64,000 bases of DNA, from assembly GCA_017635565.1 (NCBI GenBank), contig JAGBLE010000012.1, positions 17,234 through 81,233 on the forward strand. The letters run 5' to 3'. Below are positions 1-9,215 of the stretch, piece by piece. Source of the stretch: Bacilli bacterium. GTDB taxonomy: Bacteria; Bacillota_I; Bacilli_A; RFN20; CAG-826. How positions within the stretch are numbered: the stretch's first letter is position 1; each line of letters starts with the position of its first letter. Under the pieces are notes generated by a model. The model was not told the origin of the DNA. It made no database searches and saw nothing but the letters and a program-made list of their open reading frames with translations. The position numbers were made by a program, and so were the translations under genes.

Positions 1-557
1 ATCAAAGGATCAAGACCAGTTGTTGGTTCATCTAAAATAATAATTTCAGGAGAATGCATAAAAGCCGCAACAATCGCAGTTTTTTGTTTCATTCCCTTAC
101 TCATTCTTTTTAAATTTGCGGTTGGATCAAGTTGTAAAGCGTTAATAATTGCTTCAGCCTTGCTCATATCAGTTAAGCCAAGAGTTTCGGCTTGAATCTT
201 GAGAAATTCGCTTCCATTTTCCACTTGAGGGAAAGCAATTTCTCCTGGAAGATAACCAATGTATTTCTTAATTTCATCCGCATCTTTCCAAGCATCAAGG
301 CCTTTAACTTTTACTTCGCCTTTGTCAGGTTTAATGAAGCCCATGATATGCCTTAAGGTTGTGGTTTTACCGCTTCCATTCGTTCCACAATATCCAAAGA
401 CTGTTCCTTTTTTAACATCAAAAGAAATATCAAAAATTCCACGTCCTTTACCGTAATCTTTCGTTAAATTTCTTACTGAAATAATAACATCATCTTCTTG
501 ATTTTGTGGCTTTTCTTGCGCGTTATTTTCTTCGTTAGAAAGGATTTTCTCTTCCAT
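1..557 (-). CDS. ABC transporter ATP-binding protein, partial (3' end lies beyond window start)
   Basis: Not in the ORF track because it is truncated. Hand translation from ATG at 557 gives MEEKILSNEENNAQEKPQNQEDDVIISVRNLTKDYGKGRGIFDISFDVKKGTVFGYCGTNGSGKTT (Walker A) and, at the window edge, IIILDEPTTGLDPL (Walker B). Paralog of the upstream ATPase; its start overlaps that gene's stop (TAATG). Confidence 0.85.
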   Translation of the reverse strand, partial: MEEKILSNEENNAQEKPQNQEDDVIISVRNLTKDYGKGRGIFDISFDVKKGTVFGYCGTNGSGKTTTLRHIMGFIKPDKGEVKVKGLDAWKDADEIKKYIGYLPGEIAFPQVENGSEFLKIQAETLGLTDMSKAEAIINALQLDPTANLKRMSKGMKQKTAIVAAFMHSPEIIILDEPTTGLDPL

Positions 558-1537
558 TATTCATTCTCCTTTCTAGCAAGGCCTTCTTTTGAATTACCTT
601 TAACTCCAGAAAGTCCACCGAAATCACGGTCTTCTTTATAGAAGGACATAAAGTAATCTTGTAAAGTGAATGGCTTTTCTTCAAATTTCTCAATTCTCAC
701 TCCATAAAGGGAATGAATAAATTCGTTTTGTAAATCACTTGCGAATTTCACGACAACAAGTTTGATGTCTTCGTTCGTATAAACGACTTCATATTTATTT
801 TTGTTATTAAGATAATCTTCCATATCTTCTTTTCTCGCGAAATAAAGGAGGAAAGTTTTATCTTGTTGTTGTTTCATTTCATTCGCATTAAAAGTTGAAA
901 CGTGATGACCATCTTTAATAATGGAAATCGTGTCACAAGTCGCATCAACTTCAGAGAAGATATGACTAGAAAGAAGAATGGTCTTTCCTCTTTTCTTCTC
1001 TTCAATGATGAATTTGATAAATACTTTTTGCATTACTGGATCAAGACCACTAGTAGGTTCATCAAGAACCAATACATCAGGGTCATTCATAAAAGCCGCA
1101 ACAACCGCTAATTTTCTTTTATCACCAAGAGACATTTGTTTAACTGGTAAACCAGGATTGAATTTGAATAAGTCGAGAAGATAATTGAGTCTTTCTTCAT
1201 TAGCTTCTCCTCTCATTCCTTGCATCATTCTGATGAATCCCCAACCATCTAATCCAGCAGGAATAGCGGGTTCACCAGGAAGGTATCCCACTTTTGATAA
1301 AATCTTGTCAGTGTTGCCAAAAGAATCAATACCGAATATTTTAACCGTTCCAACAGTAGGTTTTGCAAAACCCATGATATGACGAATGGTTGTTGATTTT
1401 CCCGCTCCATTTGGGCCTAAATAACCAAAGCATTCACCTTTATGGATTTTGACTGAGATATCAAAAACACCTCGACCATATCCATAGTCTTTAGTTAGGT
1501 TATTTACTTCAATAATTACTTCGTTATTATTTTCCAT
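557..1537 (-). CDS. ABC transporter ATP-binding protein (ABC-2/DrrA-like)
   Basis: 326-aa ORF with Walker A GPNGAGKST, signature MSLGDKRKL and Walker B VLVLDEPTSGLD. No MalK-type C-terminal domain recognised. Confidence 0.9.
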   Translation of the reverse strand: MENNNEVIIEVNNLTKDYGYGRGVFDISVKIHKGECFGYLGPNGAGKSTTIRHIMGFAKPTVGTVKIFGIDSFGNTDKILSKVGYLPGEPAIPAGLDGWGFIRMMQGMRGEANEERLNYLLDLFKFNPGLPVKQMSLGDKRKLAVVAAFMNDPDVLVLDEPTSGLDPVMQKVFIKFIIEEKKRGKTILLSSHIFSEVDATCDTISIIKDGHHVSTFNANEMKQQQDKTFLLYFARKEDMEDYLNNKNKYEVVYTNEDIKLVVVKFASDLQNEFIHSLYGVRIEKFEEKPFTLQDYFMSFYKEDRDFGGLSGVKGNSKEGLARKENE

Positions 1538-1539
1538 AA

Positions 1540-2430
1540 TTATCTCTTACTAAGTCCCATTTTGACGACGTTATAATCTCTAAAATTGCTAATACCTAAG
1601 AAAAGCAATAAGGAACTATCCGCGTGATCTTGTTCAAAAGTCTTATTAATTTCATCAATTTCTTCTTTTGTTGGGTGACTTCCAGCAGGATGAGGAGTGA
1701 CTGGAAGAACATCAATTTTAATATTTTCTTCACTATCATCTCCTTCGCCTTCACCTGATTGACCTTCTGGATCAGTTTCTTCAAATTGAACACGAGGATT
1801 TGGTGTTATAGAAGAATCTCCGTCATCAGTAGAAGACGTTGGAATATTAACCGCTAAATCGTATCCTGACCAATATAATTGATAATATACATCTTGCATA
1901 CTGACAGGAATATAAGCATTAACCGTGTCATCTTTATATGTCGCGTATAAAAGAGCTTGTAATAAATCAGAATCATTAAGTTTATTGATTTCTTCTCTTG
2001 AAGCTTCATCAATTGTTTGTTGTTTAGTTTCTTCAACATATTTACTTAATTTTTCATAAATATAATCAAAGCCAATACCTAATCTCACTCTTTTCTCACC
2101 TTGCTTATTTGTTTCATCAGTGAGTTTATAAAAACCAGGAATTGAAACTTTTCCGTTTTCACCATCACCTAAATAACGGAAGATATCCGCTAAGATGTTC
2201 ATCGTATCTTCAGAATCTTGGTCTGGGAAAGAAACGCTGACATCCAAAGTGAAATCCTTATATGTATTGTCACCAATATAAGCTGAATCTTTCAAATTGA
2301 GATAAATACCAAAATGAGTACCGTTATCTTTTCCTAATTGAAATCCATATCTTCCTGCAATGGAACCTGAATTACAACTTACTAGTAAAGGAATCATACT
2401 AGTGAACAATAATGCTTTCTTAAGTTTCAT
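1540..2430 (-). CDS. Lipoprotein, unknown function
   Basis: Started at MKLKKALLFTSMIPLLVSC (lipobox), with GGAGG 4 nt upstream; the ORF-track start at 2463 is an upstream extension. Contains an acidic low-complexity tract GEGEGDDSEE. No family recognised. Confidence 0.7.
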   Translation of the reverse strand: MKLKKALLFTSMIPLLVSCNSGSIAGRYGFQLGKDNGTHFGIYLNLKDSAYIGDNTYKDFTLDVSVSFPDQDSEDTMNILADIFRYLGDGENGKVSIPGFYKLTDETNKQGEKRVRLGIGFDYIYEKLSKYVEETKQQTIDEASREEINKLNDSDLLQALLYATYKDDTVNAYIPVSMQDVYYQLYWSGYDLAVNIPTSSTDDGDSSITPNPRVQFEETDPEGQSGEGEGDDSEENIKIDVLPVTPHPAGSHPTKEEIDEINKTFEQDHADSSLLLFLGISNFRDYNVVKMGLSKR

Positions 2431-2465
2431 AAGACCTCCAATCAAAAAGGTGCCAAAAAGCACCT

Positions 2466-3896
2466 TTATTCAAACCATGAGAAATCAGGATATTTGACTT
2501 CTTTAGTAAAATTAAAATCTTTAAGTTTCCATTCCCAGTTAGGAGAACCAACGGTTCCTGGGAAATTCATACGTGCACTATTATCAAGCTTGAGTAAATC
2601 TTGTAATTGGAAGATTGTCATCATGCTTGGAATAGTAAATATATATTTCACAATGTTATCGAATAGGTGTTCATCGTAATTAACACCAATCCTATTGGCG
2701 ATAAACCATTTTTGGTCATCATTAAGAGTTAAATACCATCCATATAACGTTTCATTATCATGAGTGCCAGGATAAACAAGTTGATGGTCAGTGGAATGAT
2801 TATTCAAATCAAAGATTGTGAATTGAGAAATAAACATTCCAGGGAGATGATATTCATCACGCAGTTCAAGAACTTCAGGTCTTAAATCTCCCAAATCTTC
2901 AGCGATTAAATTGATATTTGGATATTTTTCATAAAGACGATCGAAGAAATCTTCTCTCGGACCAAGTTTCCACACTCCATTGACCGCATTCTTTTCACTT
3001 GCAGGAATGACATAATATGTATCAAAAGCTCTGAAGTGATCAATACGTAAATAATCACAAAGACTCGCTAAATAATGAATTCTATCAATTAATAAGGAAT
3101 ATCCGTCTTCCTTCATTTTTTCAAAGTTATATATTGGAGAACCCCAAAGTTGACCAACATCAGAGAAGGCATCAGGACCAACTCCACCAACTTCAAATAA
3201 TTTGTTATCTGGACCAATGGAGAATTGTTCACGATTAAGCCAACATTCCACTCCATCATATCCAACATAAAAAGGCATATCACAAATGATTTTGATTCCC
3301 TTTTTTCTGGCGTATCGAAGAACTTTTTTCCATTGCTTAAGTGCAATATATTGAAGGAAGACCACAAAATCAATTTGTTCTTTTAAATGTCTAGGAGGAT
3401 TTTTGTGATATTTGAAGTAATCAAGATATTCGATATCCCATTCATTCCATATCTTCATTCCATTGAGTTCTTTAAATACTTCAAAAGTTGCATATTTACT
3501 GACCCAAGGGTTTTGAGTTTTGAATTTGTGAAGAGTTTCAGAATGATTCTTCATGAACTTCTTAAACGCTAAAGCAAGATGTCTTTTCTTAAATTCACCA
3601 ACATCATAATAATCAACTCTACTCGTATCGTTATTATGAACAGGAACTTTGCTAATAAGACCAGATTTCGCCAATAAATCTAAAGATATATATCGATATT
3701 CAAGTGCTTTAGAACTGCTTGACATATATGGAGAATATCCAGGACCAACTGGGTTAAGAGGAAGAGTTTGCCAATATGAATAATGGTTTTCACTTAACCA
3801 ATCAATAAATTTAAAACAAGGACTACCAAAATCACCAATACCATGATTCCCAGGTAGAGAAGATACAGCAAGTAATACGCCTAATTTATTATTCAT
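2466..3896 (-). CDS. malQ: 4-alpha-glucanotransferase (amylomaltase, GH77)
   Basis: 476 aa. The N-terminus MNNKLGVLLAVSSLPGNHGIGDFG and the overall length are typical of MalQ. No signal peptide. Confidence 0.9.
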   Translation of the reverse strand: MNNKLGVLLAVSSLPGNHGIGDFGSPCFKFIDWLSENHYSYWQTLPLNPVGPGYSPYMSSSSKALEYRYISLDLLAKSGLISKVPVHNNDTSRVDYYDVGEFKKRHLALAFKKFMKNHSETLHKFKTQNPWVSKYATFEVFKELNGMKIWNEWDIEYLDYFKYHKNPPRHLKEQIDFVVFLQYIALKQWKKVLRYARKKGIKIICDMPFYVGYDGVECWLNREQFSIGPDNKLFEVGGVGPDAFSDVGQLWGSPIYNFEKMKEDGYSLLIDRIHYLASLCDYLRIDHFRAFDTYYVIPASEKNAVNGVWKLGPREDFFDRLYEKYPNINLIAEDLGDLRPEVLELRDEYHLPGMFISQFTIFDLNNHSTDHQLVYPGTHDNETLYGWYLTLNDDQKWFIANRIGVNYDEHLFDNIVKYIFTIPSMMTIFQLQDLLKLDNSARMNFPGTVGSPNWEWKLKDFNFTKEVKYPDFSWFE

Positions 3897-3943
3897 CTTT
3901 ATACATTTCCTTAACGATAAAAAAATATTAAAACAAAGAACCT

Positions 3944-4819
3944 TTATTTACATTTTAAGTGTTCTCCCCATTGTTGCTTAATGTAATCATATTCCCAAAC
4001 ACCAGTGACAATCGCTCCAGCGGAGTTTGTCCATGTCGATTTTTCAGCGACAACTTTGGTGTTAGCAAGTGAACGATACGCCATACCGGCTTTAATTCCA
4101 CATTCACTATTGTAATTGTCATCATAATCGATGAATCGACCTGTTTTTGGATCAATTTGCCAATGTGAATAACAACCAGTTGCTAAGAAATAACTAGCCG
4201 CGTAGAATCCGTTTTTTCTTGCAAAGTTAAGTCTTTTACCAGCGCTAGCAAGTTTAGCAATCATCGTATCCATATCTTTAACATCACTATCTGATAAATA
4301 TGAATCGTTATAATAAAGGAAATATCCGTTATCACTTGTAACTGGGAAAGCATACATTTTTCCATCTAACGAAGCCGCTGCAACTGAATCAGCGCTATTG
4401 TTGGCTTTTAAGTGATTAGTAAGACTTTCATCAAAAGAAGCCAAAGCGTTAGATGTTTTTAATCTTGATAATTGGTCTTGAGCAAAGATAAAGATATCTG
4501 CTCCGGTAGATACGTCTTGAAGCATCGTTGTTGCTGCATCTCCTTCACTCATTGGTTGAACGGTTGCAGTAATTGTGTATTTACCACCACTAGCAGCGAC
4601 GAAGTTATTGATTTGTGCTTCGGTTAATGACTGAATCTTTTCATCAACCCAAACTTTGATATCATAACTTCCTGAATCATCAAACGTATCATCTCCACCC
4701 CATGTTTCACTATCTGTGTAAAATGGAATATCTGCAGGTAATGAATAGGAGAATTTGAAGTTACAACTAGCGAGGAGCAAAGTTGGAACTAACGCGATGA
4801 ATTTTATGTGTTTTTTCAT
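3944..4819 (-). CDS. Sugar-binding-protein-like lipoprotein (short family-1 SBP homolog)
   Basis: Lipobox LLLASC. KVWVDE, GDAATTMLQDVSTGADIFIFAQDQL, GKMYAFPV and FLYYN resemble MalE/MdxE-type solute-binding proteins, but the protein is only 291 aa. GGAGAA RBS. Confidence 0.65.
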   Translation of the reverse strand: MKKHIKFIALVPTLLLASCNFKFSYSLPADIPFYTDSETWGGDDTFDDSGSYDIKVWVDEKIQSLTEAQINNFVAASGGKYTITATVQPMSEGDAATTMLQDVSTGADIFIFAQDQLSRLKTSNALASFDESLTNHLKANNSADSVAAASLDGKMYAFPVTSDNGYFLYYNDSYLSDSDVKDMDTMIAKLASAGKRLNFARKNGFYAASYFLATGCYSHWQIDPKTGRFIDYDDNYNSECGIKAGMAYRSLANTKVVAEKSTWTNSAGAIVTGVWEYDYIKQQWGEHLKCK

Positions 4820-4834
4820 TAACTTTTCTCCTTT

Positions 4835-5257
4835 CTAATCGCTCACCCAAATACCATATAGGCTGAGGATATTACTTTGTTTGCTATCAGTTTCGAAATT
4901 CCAGAGATGACTATCATCAATCGAAGAAGGGTATTCTGAATAACCCAAGAAGTTTGGATATAAAGGATCTGGTGGGGTAACAGAATCAAGTTTAGCTTCA
5001 TCTGGACAACTTCCAAGAGGAACTAAGCTATACCATTCCATCGTATAATATGGTTCATCTGAATTTGAATAATTGAGATAGAAGTTGACTGTCATATTGT
5101 ATTCTTCAGGAATATCAGGGCCACCTCCTCCACCTTCTCCACCTCCTGGATCATCTGGGATTCCAGGATAAGGAACTCTTGGTGTATATGAGGAGACACT
5201 TGTGCAACTTACAAATAAAGGAAGTAAGAAGGCCATTAATAATATTTTCTTTTTCAT
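4835..5257 (-). CDS. Small lipoprotein with Gly-rich linker
   Basis: Lipobox LPLFVSC; linker GGGEGGGGGPD. The C-terminal FLGYSEY..WNFETD..LSLYGIW looks like a Listeria-Bacteroides (Flg_new) repeat. Start placed at the second ATG (GGAGGA 8 nt upstream). Confidence 0.6.
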   Translation of the reverse strand: MKKKILLMAFLLPLFVSCTSVSSYTPRVPYPGIPDDPGGGEGGGGGPDIPEEYNMTVNFYLNYSNSDEPYYTMEWYSLVPLGSCPDEAKLDSVTPPDPLYPNFLGYSEYPSSIDDSHLWNFETDSKQSNILSLYGIWVSD

Positions 5258-5269
5258 TATCATTTCCTC

Positions 5270-7321
5270 CTAACAATCGCCCTTAGAGTTGAAGATTGCA
5301 ATCGTATTTTGATTATGGAATTCAAATTTTTCATTCATGGTAAATCCACCATAATCCCACATCTTTTCCCATGTGGTATTAATTCTTGCATCTCCCCAAA
5401 TCTGTTCGTTTGAGTTACCAGTGCATAAATAGATAAAGGTTTCGTTAATTTGCATCGCAGAAGAAGTGCTATTATAAATACCATTTTCTCCACCACCCCA
5501 AGCGATATTTCCAACTGTTTTACCGCTTGATGTTGATCCGACAAAATCACTATAACCATTATTTGTTCCTCTCTTTTTAGCGAGAGCTTTATGCATTCTA
5601 ATTAAGCTAGCAAAGCAACCAGTAACGTTATAAGCGGCTTCACCAGTAGCAGAAGTATTAACGACTTGGTCATCGAATTTAACTTCTACTTTATTGCCCC
5701 ATTTAAATGTATTGACATGTAAAGGAGCGTTATATGAGTTATGTGAAATATAATGTCCATGAAGTTCAGCATAAGAATCTGCGGTAACTGCGCTGATATC
5801 ACTGACACCTAATTCTTTTGTTCTTAATAATTCTTCTCCACCAAGCATAAATGCTGCAGAATTACCTGCAAAAATTAAGCCATGTGCTTGAAGAACACCA
5901 TGCACTAATTTATTCCCTGTTGGATGAGTTCCATCAACGAGGCTGTTATATAATTGATCTCTAACAGTCCAGTTATCGTGACAAGAAGCATAATTAACGG
6001 TTTGTTCTGGGTAATAACCAGTTAATTCACCTTCTCCACTTCTAACATTTGCGTTAACTCCCCATAATCCAGCGGCAATAGTCCAAGCATATTGAGAAGA
6101 ATCGCCAGATTGGATATATCCTTTTCCTGGATATCCATTAACGTTATTTTCTCCTCTAATCGCATTACGAACTGCATCGTTAAATCCACCGAGATAAGTG
6201 CCAGTAGTTTTGAAGTTATTGCATTCGTTATAAACTTGCCAGCTCATCGCTCCAAAGTTTTGAGCGTCTTTTCCACCATTAACTTCTTTCCATTGATCGC
6301 TTCCTTCTCCGTGATATCCACCACTAGTCCATCCTTCTCCGTAAAGATAGATGTCTGGATCAATTTCATAAAGAGCTTGTTTAGCTTCAAGTAATGTTTT
6401 GAAATCAATTAATCCCATTAAGTCGAAACGGAATCCTTTGATTTTATATTCAGTGGCCCACATCTTAAGAGAATCAACGATGAATTTTCTCATCATTGGT
6501 CGCTCAGACATTACTTCATTATGACAGCCTGAACCATCCCAAAGTTCACCTTCGGATTGATATTTCTCACCTTTTTCATTGTAATAATCTTTAGCGGCGT
6601 ATCTGAAATAATATCGAGGCATTAATTTGTGGAAATTAGAACCAGTTGCGGAACTGACGTGATTATAAACAACGTCCATAATAACTCGAGTATGAACATC
6701 ATCAGTGTGTCCTTCTCTTGTCTTTGATAATTCGAGAACTAAATTCTTAAATTCTCTGACTCTTGCTAATCCATCATGAGAATCAGAAGAATATCCACCT
6801 TCAACGATATTGTAATTAAGAGGGTTATATCCCCAGTTATATTTAAGTGTTTCTGCACTTTCATCGTTGTCATGATCAAAGACTGGTAATAATTGAACTG
6901 CTTCAATTCCTAAATCTTTAATGTGATCATAACCTGTGGAAACATCTGAATGACCTTCTAAGGTTGTTCCACTTTCAACGAAAGCGTCATATGTTCCGTT
7001 TTTATTATTTTTATTACTCTTCCAAGAAGAATCTCCAGTGAAATCTTGAACGTGAACTTCATAAATCGATAATTCTTGAGGAGAAGAGATATCATATCCA
7101 CTTACTCCATCCCACTTGAGTGGTAAAGAATCCCAACCAGTTGGGTTAGTTTCTGATTTATCGTAAATCAATCCACGAACTCCGTTAGTTCCTGCTGAAG
7201 TGGCGTAAGGATCCATAGTCACATTAGTGCCTAATGTATTATCGACTTGGTAATTGTAATATTTACCTTTGAGATCACCATCGATAGTTAATTCCCAAAT
7301 TCCTCCACTGGTGTAATGCAT
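5270..7321 (-). CDS. Type I pullulanase-like GH13 debranching enzyme (5' end disrupted or ambiguous)
   Basis: YNWGYNP motif plus GH13 regions DVVYNHV, GFRFDLMG, YGEGW and YASCHDN. No signal peptide. A strong RBS-ATG at 7397 is out of frame by one base in an A7 run. Confidence 0.85.
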   Translation of the reverse strand: MHYTSGGIWELTIDGDLKGKYYNYQVDNTLGTNVTMDPYATSAGTNGVRGLIYDKSETNPTGWDSLPLKWDGVSGYDISSPQELSIYEVHVQDFTGDSSWKSNKNNKNGTYDAFVESGTTLEGHSDVSTGYDHIKDLGIEAVQLLPVFDHDNDESAETLKYNWGYNPLNYNIVEGGYSSDSHDGLARVREFKNLVLELSKTREGHTDDVHTRVIMDVVYNHVSSATGSNFHKLMPRYYFRYAAKDYYNEKGEKYQSEGELWDGSGCHNEVMSERPMMRKFIVDSLKMWATEYKIKGFRFDLMGLIDFKTLLEAKQALYEIDPDIYLYGEGWTSGGYHGEGSDQWKEVNGGKDAQNFGAMSWQVYNECNNFKTTGTYLGGFNDAVRNAIRGENNVNGYPGKGYIQSGDSSQYAWTIAAGLWGVNANVRSGEGELTGYYPEQTVNYASCHDNWTVRDQLYNSLVDGTHPTGNKLVHGVLQAHGLIFAGNSAAFMLGGEELLRTKELGVSDISAVTADSYAELHGHYISHNSYNAPLHVNTFKWGNKVEVKFDDQVVNTSATGEAAYNVTGCFASLIRMHKALAKKRGTNNGYSDFVGSTSSGKTVGNIAWGGGENGIYNSTSSAMQINETFIYLCTGNSNEQIWGDARINTTWEKMWDYGGFTMNEKFEFHNQNTIAIFNSKGDC

Positions 7322-7419
7322 ATGATAACCTTTATATTTATCATCTCCACCAAATTCAGCGGAAGTATCGCTAGATTGCTTTTTTGATTTTTTTCATAAG
7401 CTAATCCTCATTTCTTTTC

Positions 7420-9204
7420 CTAATTTATTTCCGCAAAGGTATAGGTAAACCAAGCATCTTCCCAGTTAGCGCCTATATGATTTGCCCAATCTGTCCAAGT
7501 GACAACATAAGATTTGCCTGCGGTTAAAGTAACACCGCCTAAATCAATTGTTGAATAATTAGTATCAGTGTTATCTCCACCATCAGTTGGATGTCTATAT
7601 TTTGTAATTCCATTTTCTTCTTGGACGAAATATAAGTTGAGTTTACTAGCGGATTCTGCCTTAACAGAATTAACATATTGTCCATTAGGAGAAGTTGAAA
7701 CAGTTGCTAAAGATTTGTCCCAGCCTTCATCAAATGCGATGTGGACTTCTTTAATTGACCAACCATCAACTCCAGCGAAATAAACAGTAATTGTGTCATC
7801 TGTTACAACTGGATCATCAGGATCGTCTGGTGTATCAGGAACTTGAGAAGGAGTTCCTTCAGTAAATGTGTAATTAAACCAAGCGTGAGTCCATGCTTCG
7901 TTATTATAGTGCCAATCAACGAAACTAATTGTGTAACTCTTTCCAACTTCAACAGCGACAGAACCAGTGTTAATAACAGAATTCATATCGTTATAATCTT
8001 TTGTTCCAGTTGTTGGGTGGAAATATTTATCTCCCTGTTTGAGATAAGCATTAACACTTGCAATCGCGGTTGTAACATCTAATGTTGCTTTATATGTTTT
8101 ATCCGTTTGTTTAGTGGCTTCTTTGAAGTTGATTGATTCACCTTGTTTAATACCTAAATTAACTGTGGTTTCATCTGTCCAACTTTCAATGCCAGCGAAA
8201 TAAAGAGTAATCGAACCAATTGGATCTGGTTCTGGAGTTGGAGTAGGTGTAACTGATCCGCTTCCACCAGAATAATAAGCATATAAAATCTTTCCTCTAG
8301 CGTTAGGGACAGTTGTGTATTGAGTAAGGGCACCATTACCTTCATAACACTGCCAATATTTGAAAGTAGAACCTTCGACAGTAGAAGTAATTTCTGTTGC
8401 GGTTGGTAATGGTTCACCAACTTTTGCAACAAACTCAACAGTGTACTCTAAATATAATGAAGCGATATCTTTTCCGGCTTCACCGTTATATCTTCCGTTT
8501 TCTCCAATAACAAGATAAGTAGTAACTTCTTCTCCGATAATTGGAATGGTTGGATCATCTCCACCAGGAGTGGATTTTCTTGTAATGGTTAATTGACATG
8601 TCTTGCTTAATGAAAATCCTTCGTAAGTTGCTGAAGCGGTGATGACTGCAATACCAGGTTTAAGAGTGGTAATATCAATCGAAGAACCAGTAGGAGAACT
8701 TAAAGTCGCTAAAGAATCATCAGATATTGACCAATATACAGTTGTGCTCACATCGACCGTAGCTTCTAATTTTGTTTTTTCTCCTTCAGTAACTGTTAAA
8801 GCACTGTGAGAAAGAGAAAGAGAGAATGGTCGAGCGCTTCCTGGATCTAAAACAGTTAATTCACATGAAGCACTATCTTTAGCGGTTCCACTAACTGCAG
8901 TAGCAGTAATTGTTGTTGTTCCAACTGCCAAAGCATTAAAGGTAACAACAGTACCACTATTATTTTCTAATGATGCAATTGTGTTATTTTCAATTGTCCA
9001 AGTAATTTCTGAAGGCTTATCAACGTTAGCGCTTAAAGAAGCAGTTTCACCAACATCAATCGCTAGTTTACTACTAGATAAAGCAATAGCAATTTCATCT
9101 TCATCTTCGGAATAATTGCTTGAACTTCTTCCATTATATTTGACGCATCCAGTGAGTAAGGTTGCCAATAAAGGAAGAGCAAATAATAAAGATTTCTTTT
9201 TCAT
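7420..9204 (-). CDS. Surface lipoprotein with two Big_2-like Ig domains and two C-terminal repeat domains (putative glycan binding)
   Basis: Lipobox LLTGC. Two Big_2-like segments (..VGTTTITATAVSG.., ..GIAVITASATYEG..), Pro/Thr and Asp/Pro linkers, and a tandem ~115-120-aa repeat each ending in AWF(N/T)YTF. GGAGGA RBS. Confidence 0.75.
   Translation of the reverse strand: MKKKSLLFALPLLATLLTGCVKYNGRSSSNYSEDEDEIAIALSSSKLAIDVGETASLSANVDKPSEITWTIENNTIASLENNSGTVVTFNALAVGTTTITATAVSGTAKDSASCELTVLDPGSARPFSLSLSHSALTVTEGEKTKLEATVDVSTTVYWSISDDSLATLSSPTGSSIDITTLKPGIAVITASATYEGFSLSKTCQLTITRKSTPGGDDPTIPIIGEEVTTYLVIGENGRYNGEAGKDIASLYLEYTVEFVAKVGEPLPTATEITSTVEGSTFKYWQCYEGNGALTQYTTVPNARGKILYAYYSGGSGSVTPTPTPEPDPIGSITLYFAGIESWTDETTVNLGIKQGESINFKEATKQTDKTYKATLDVTTAIASVNAYLKQGDKYFHPTTGTKDYNDMNSVINTGSVAVEVGKSYTISFVDWHYNNEAWTHAWFNYTFTEGTPSQVPDTPDDPDDPVVTDDTITVYFAGVDGWSIKEVHIAFDEGWDKSLATVSTSPNGQYVNSVKAESASKLNLYFVQEENGITKYRHPTDGGDNTDTNYSTIDLGGVTLTAGKSYVVTWTDWANHIGANWEDAWFTYTFAEIN
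7432..8214 (-). repeat. Tandem duplicated protein domain (aa 331-448 and 471-591 of the lipoprotein)
   Basis: Shared motifs by eye: IT(L/V)YFAG..W, KY(F/R)HPT.G, GKSY....DW, W..AWF.YTF. The copies are separated by the linker PSQVPDTPDDPDDPV. Confidence 0.6.
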
Positions 9205-9215
9205 CTTTTTTCCTC

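Noticed and set aside
5120-5160. The GGAGG-rich DNA tract encoding GGGEGGGGG in the small lipoprotein as a slippage or phase-variation repeat.
   Set aside because: The codons are not a perfect tandem repeat. It looks like an ordinary flexible linker.
6092-6394. Antisense or out-of-frame ORFs from the track that lie inside larger genes, e.g. 6092-6394, 8154-8438, 12874-13191, 21321-21608, 23105-23380, 45754-46005, 59061-59348 and 60252-60560.
   Set aside because: Each is fully embedded in a longer ORF with clear family motifs. Each has low-complexity or hydrophobic composition typical of AT-rich antisense frames, and none has an RBS.
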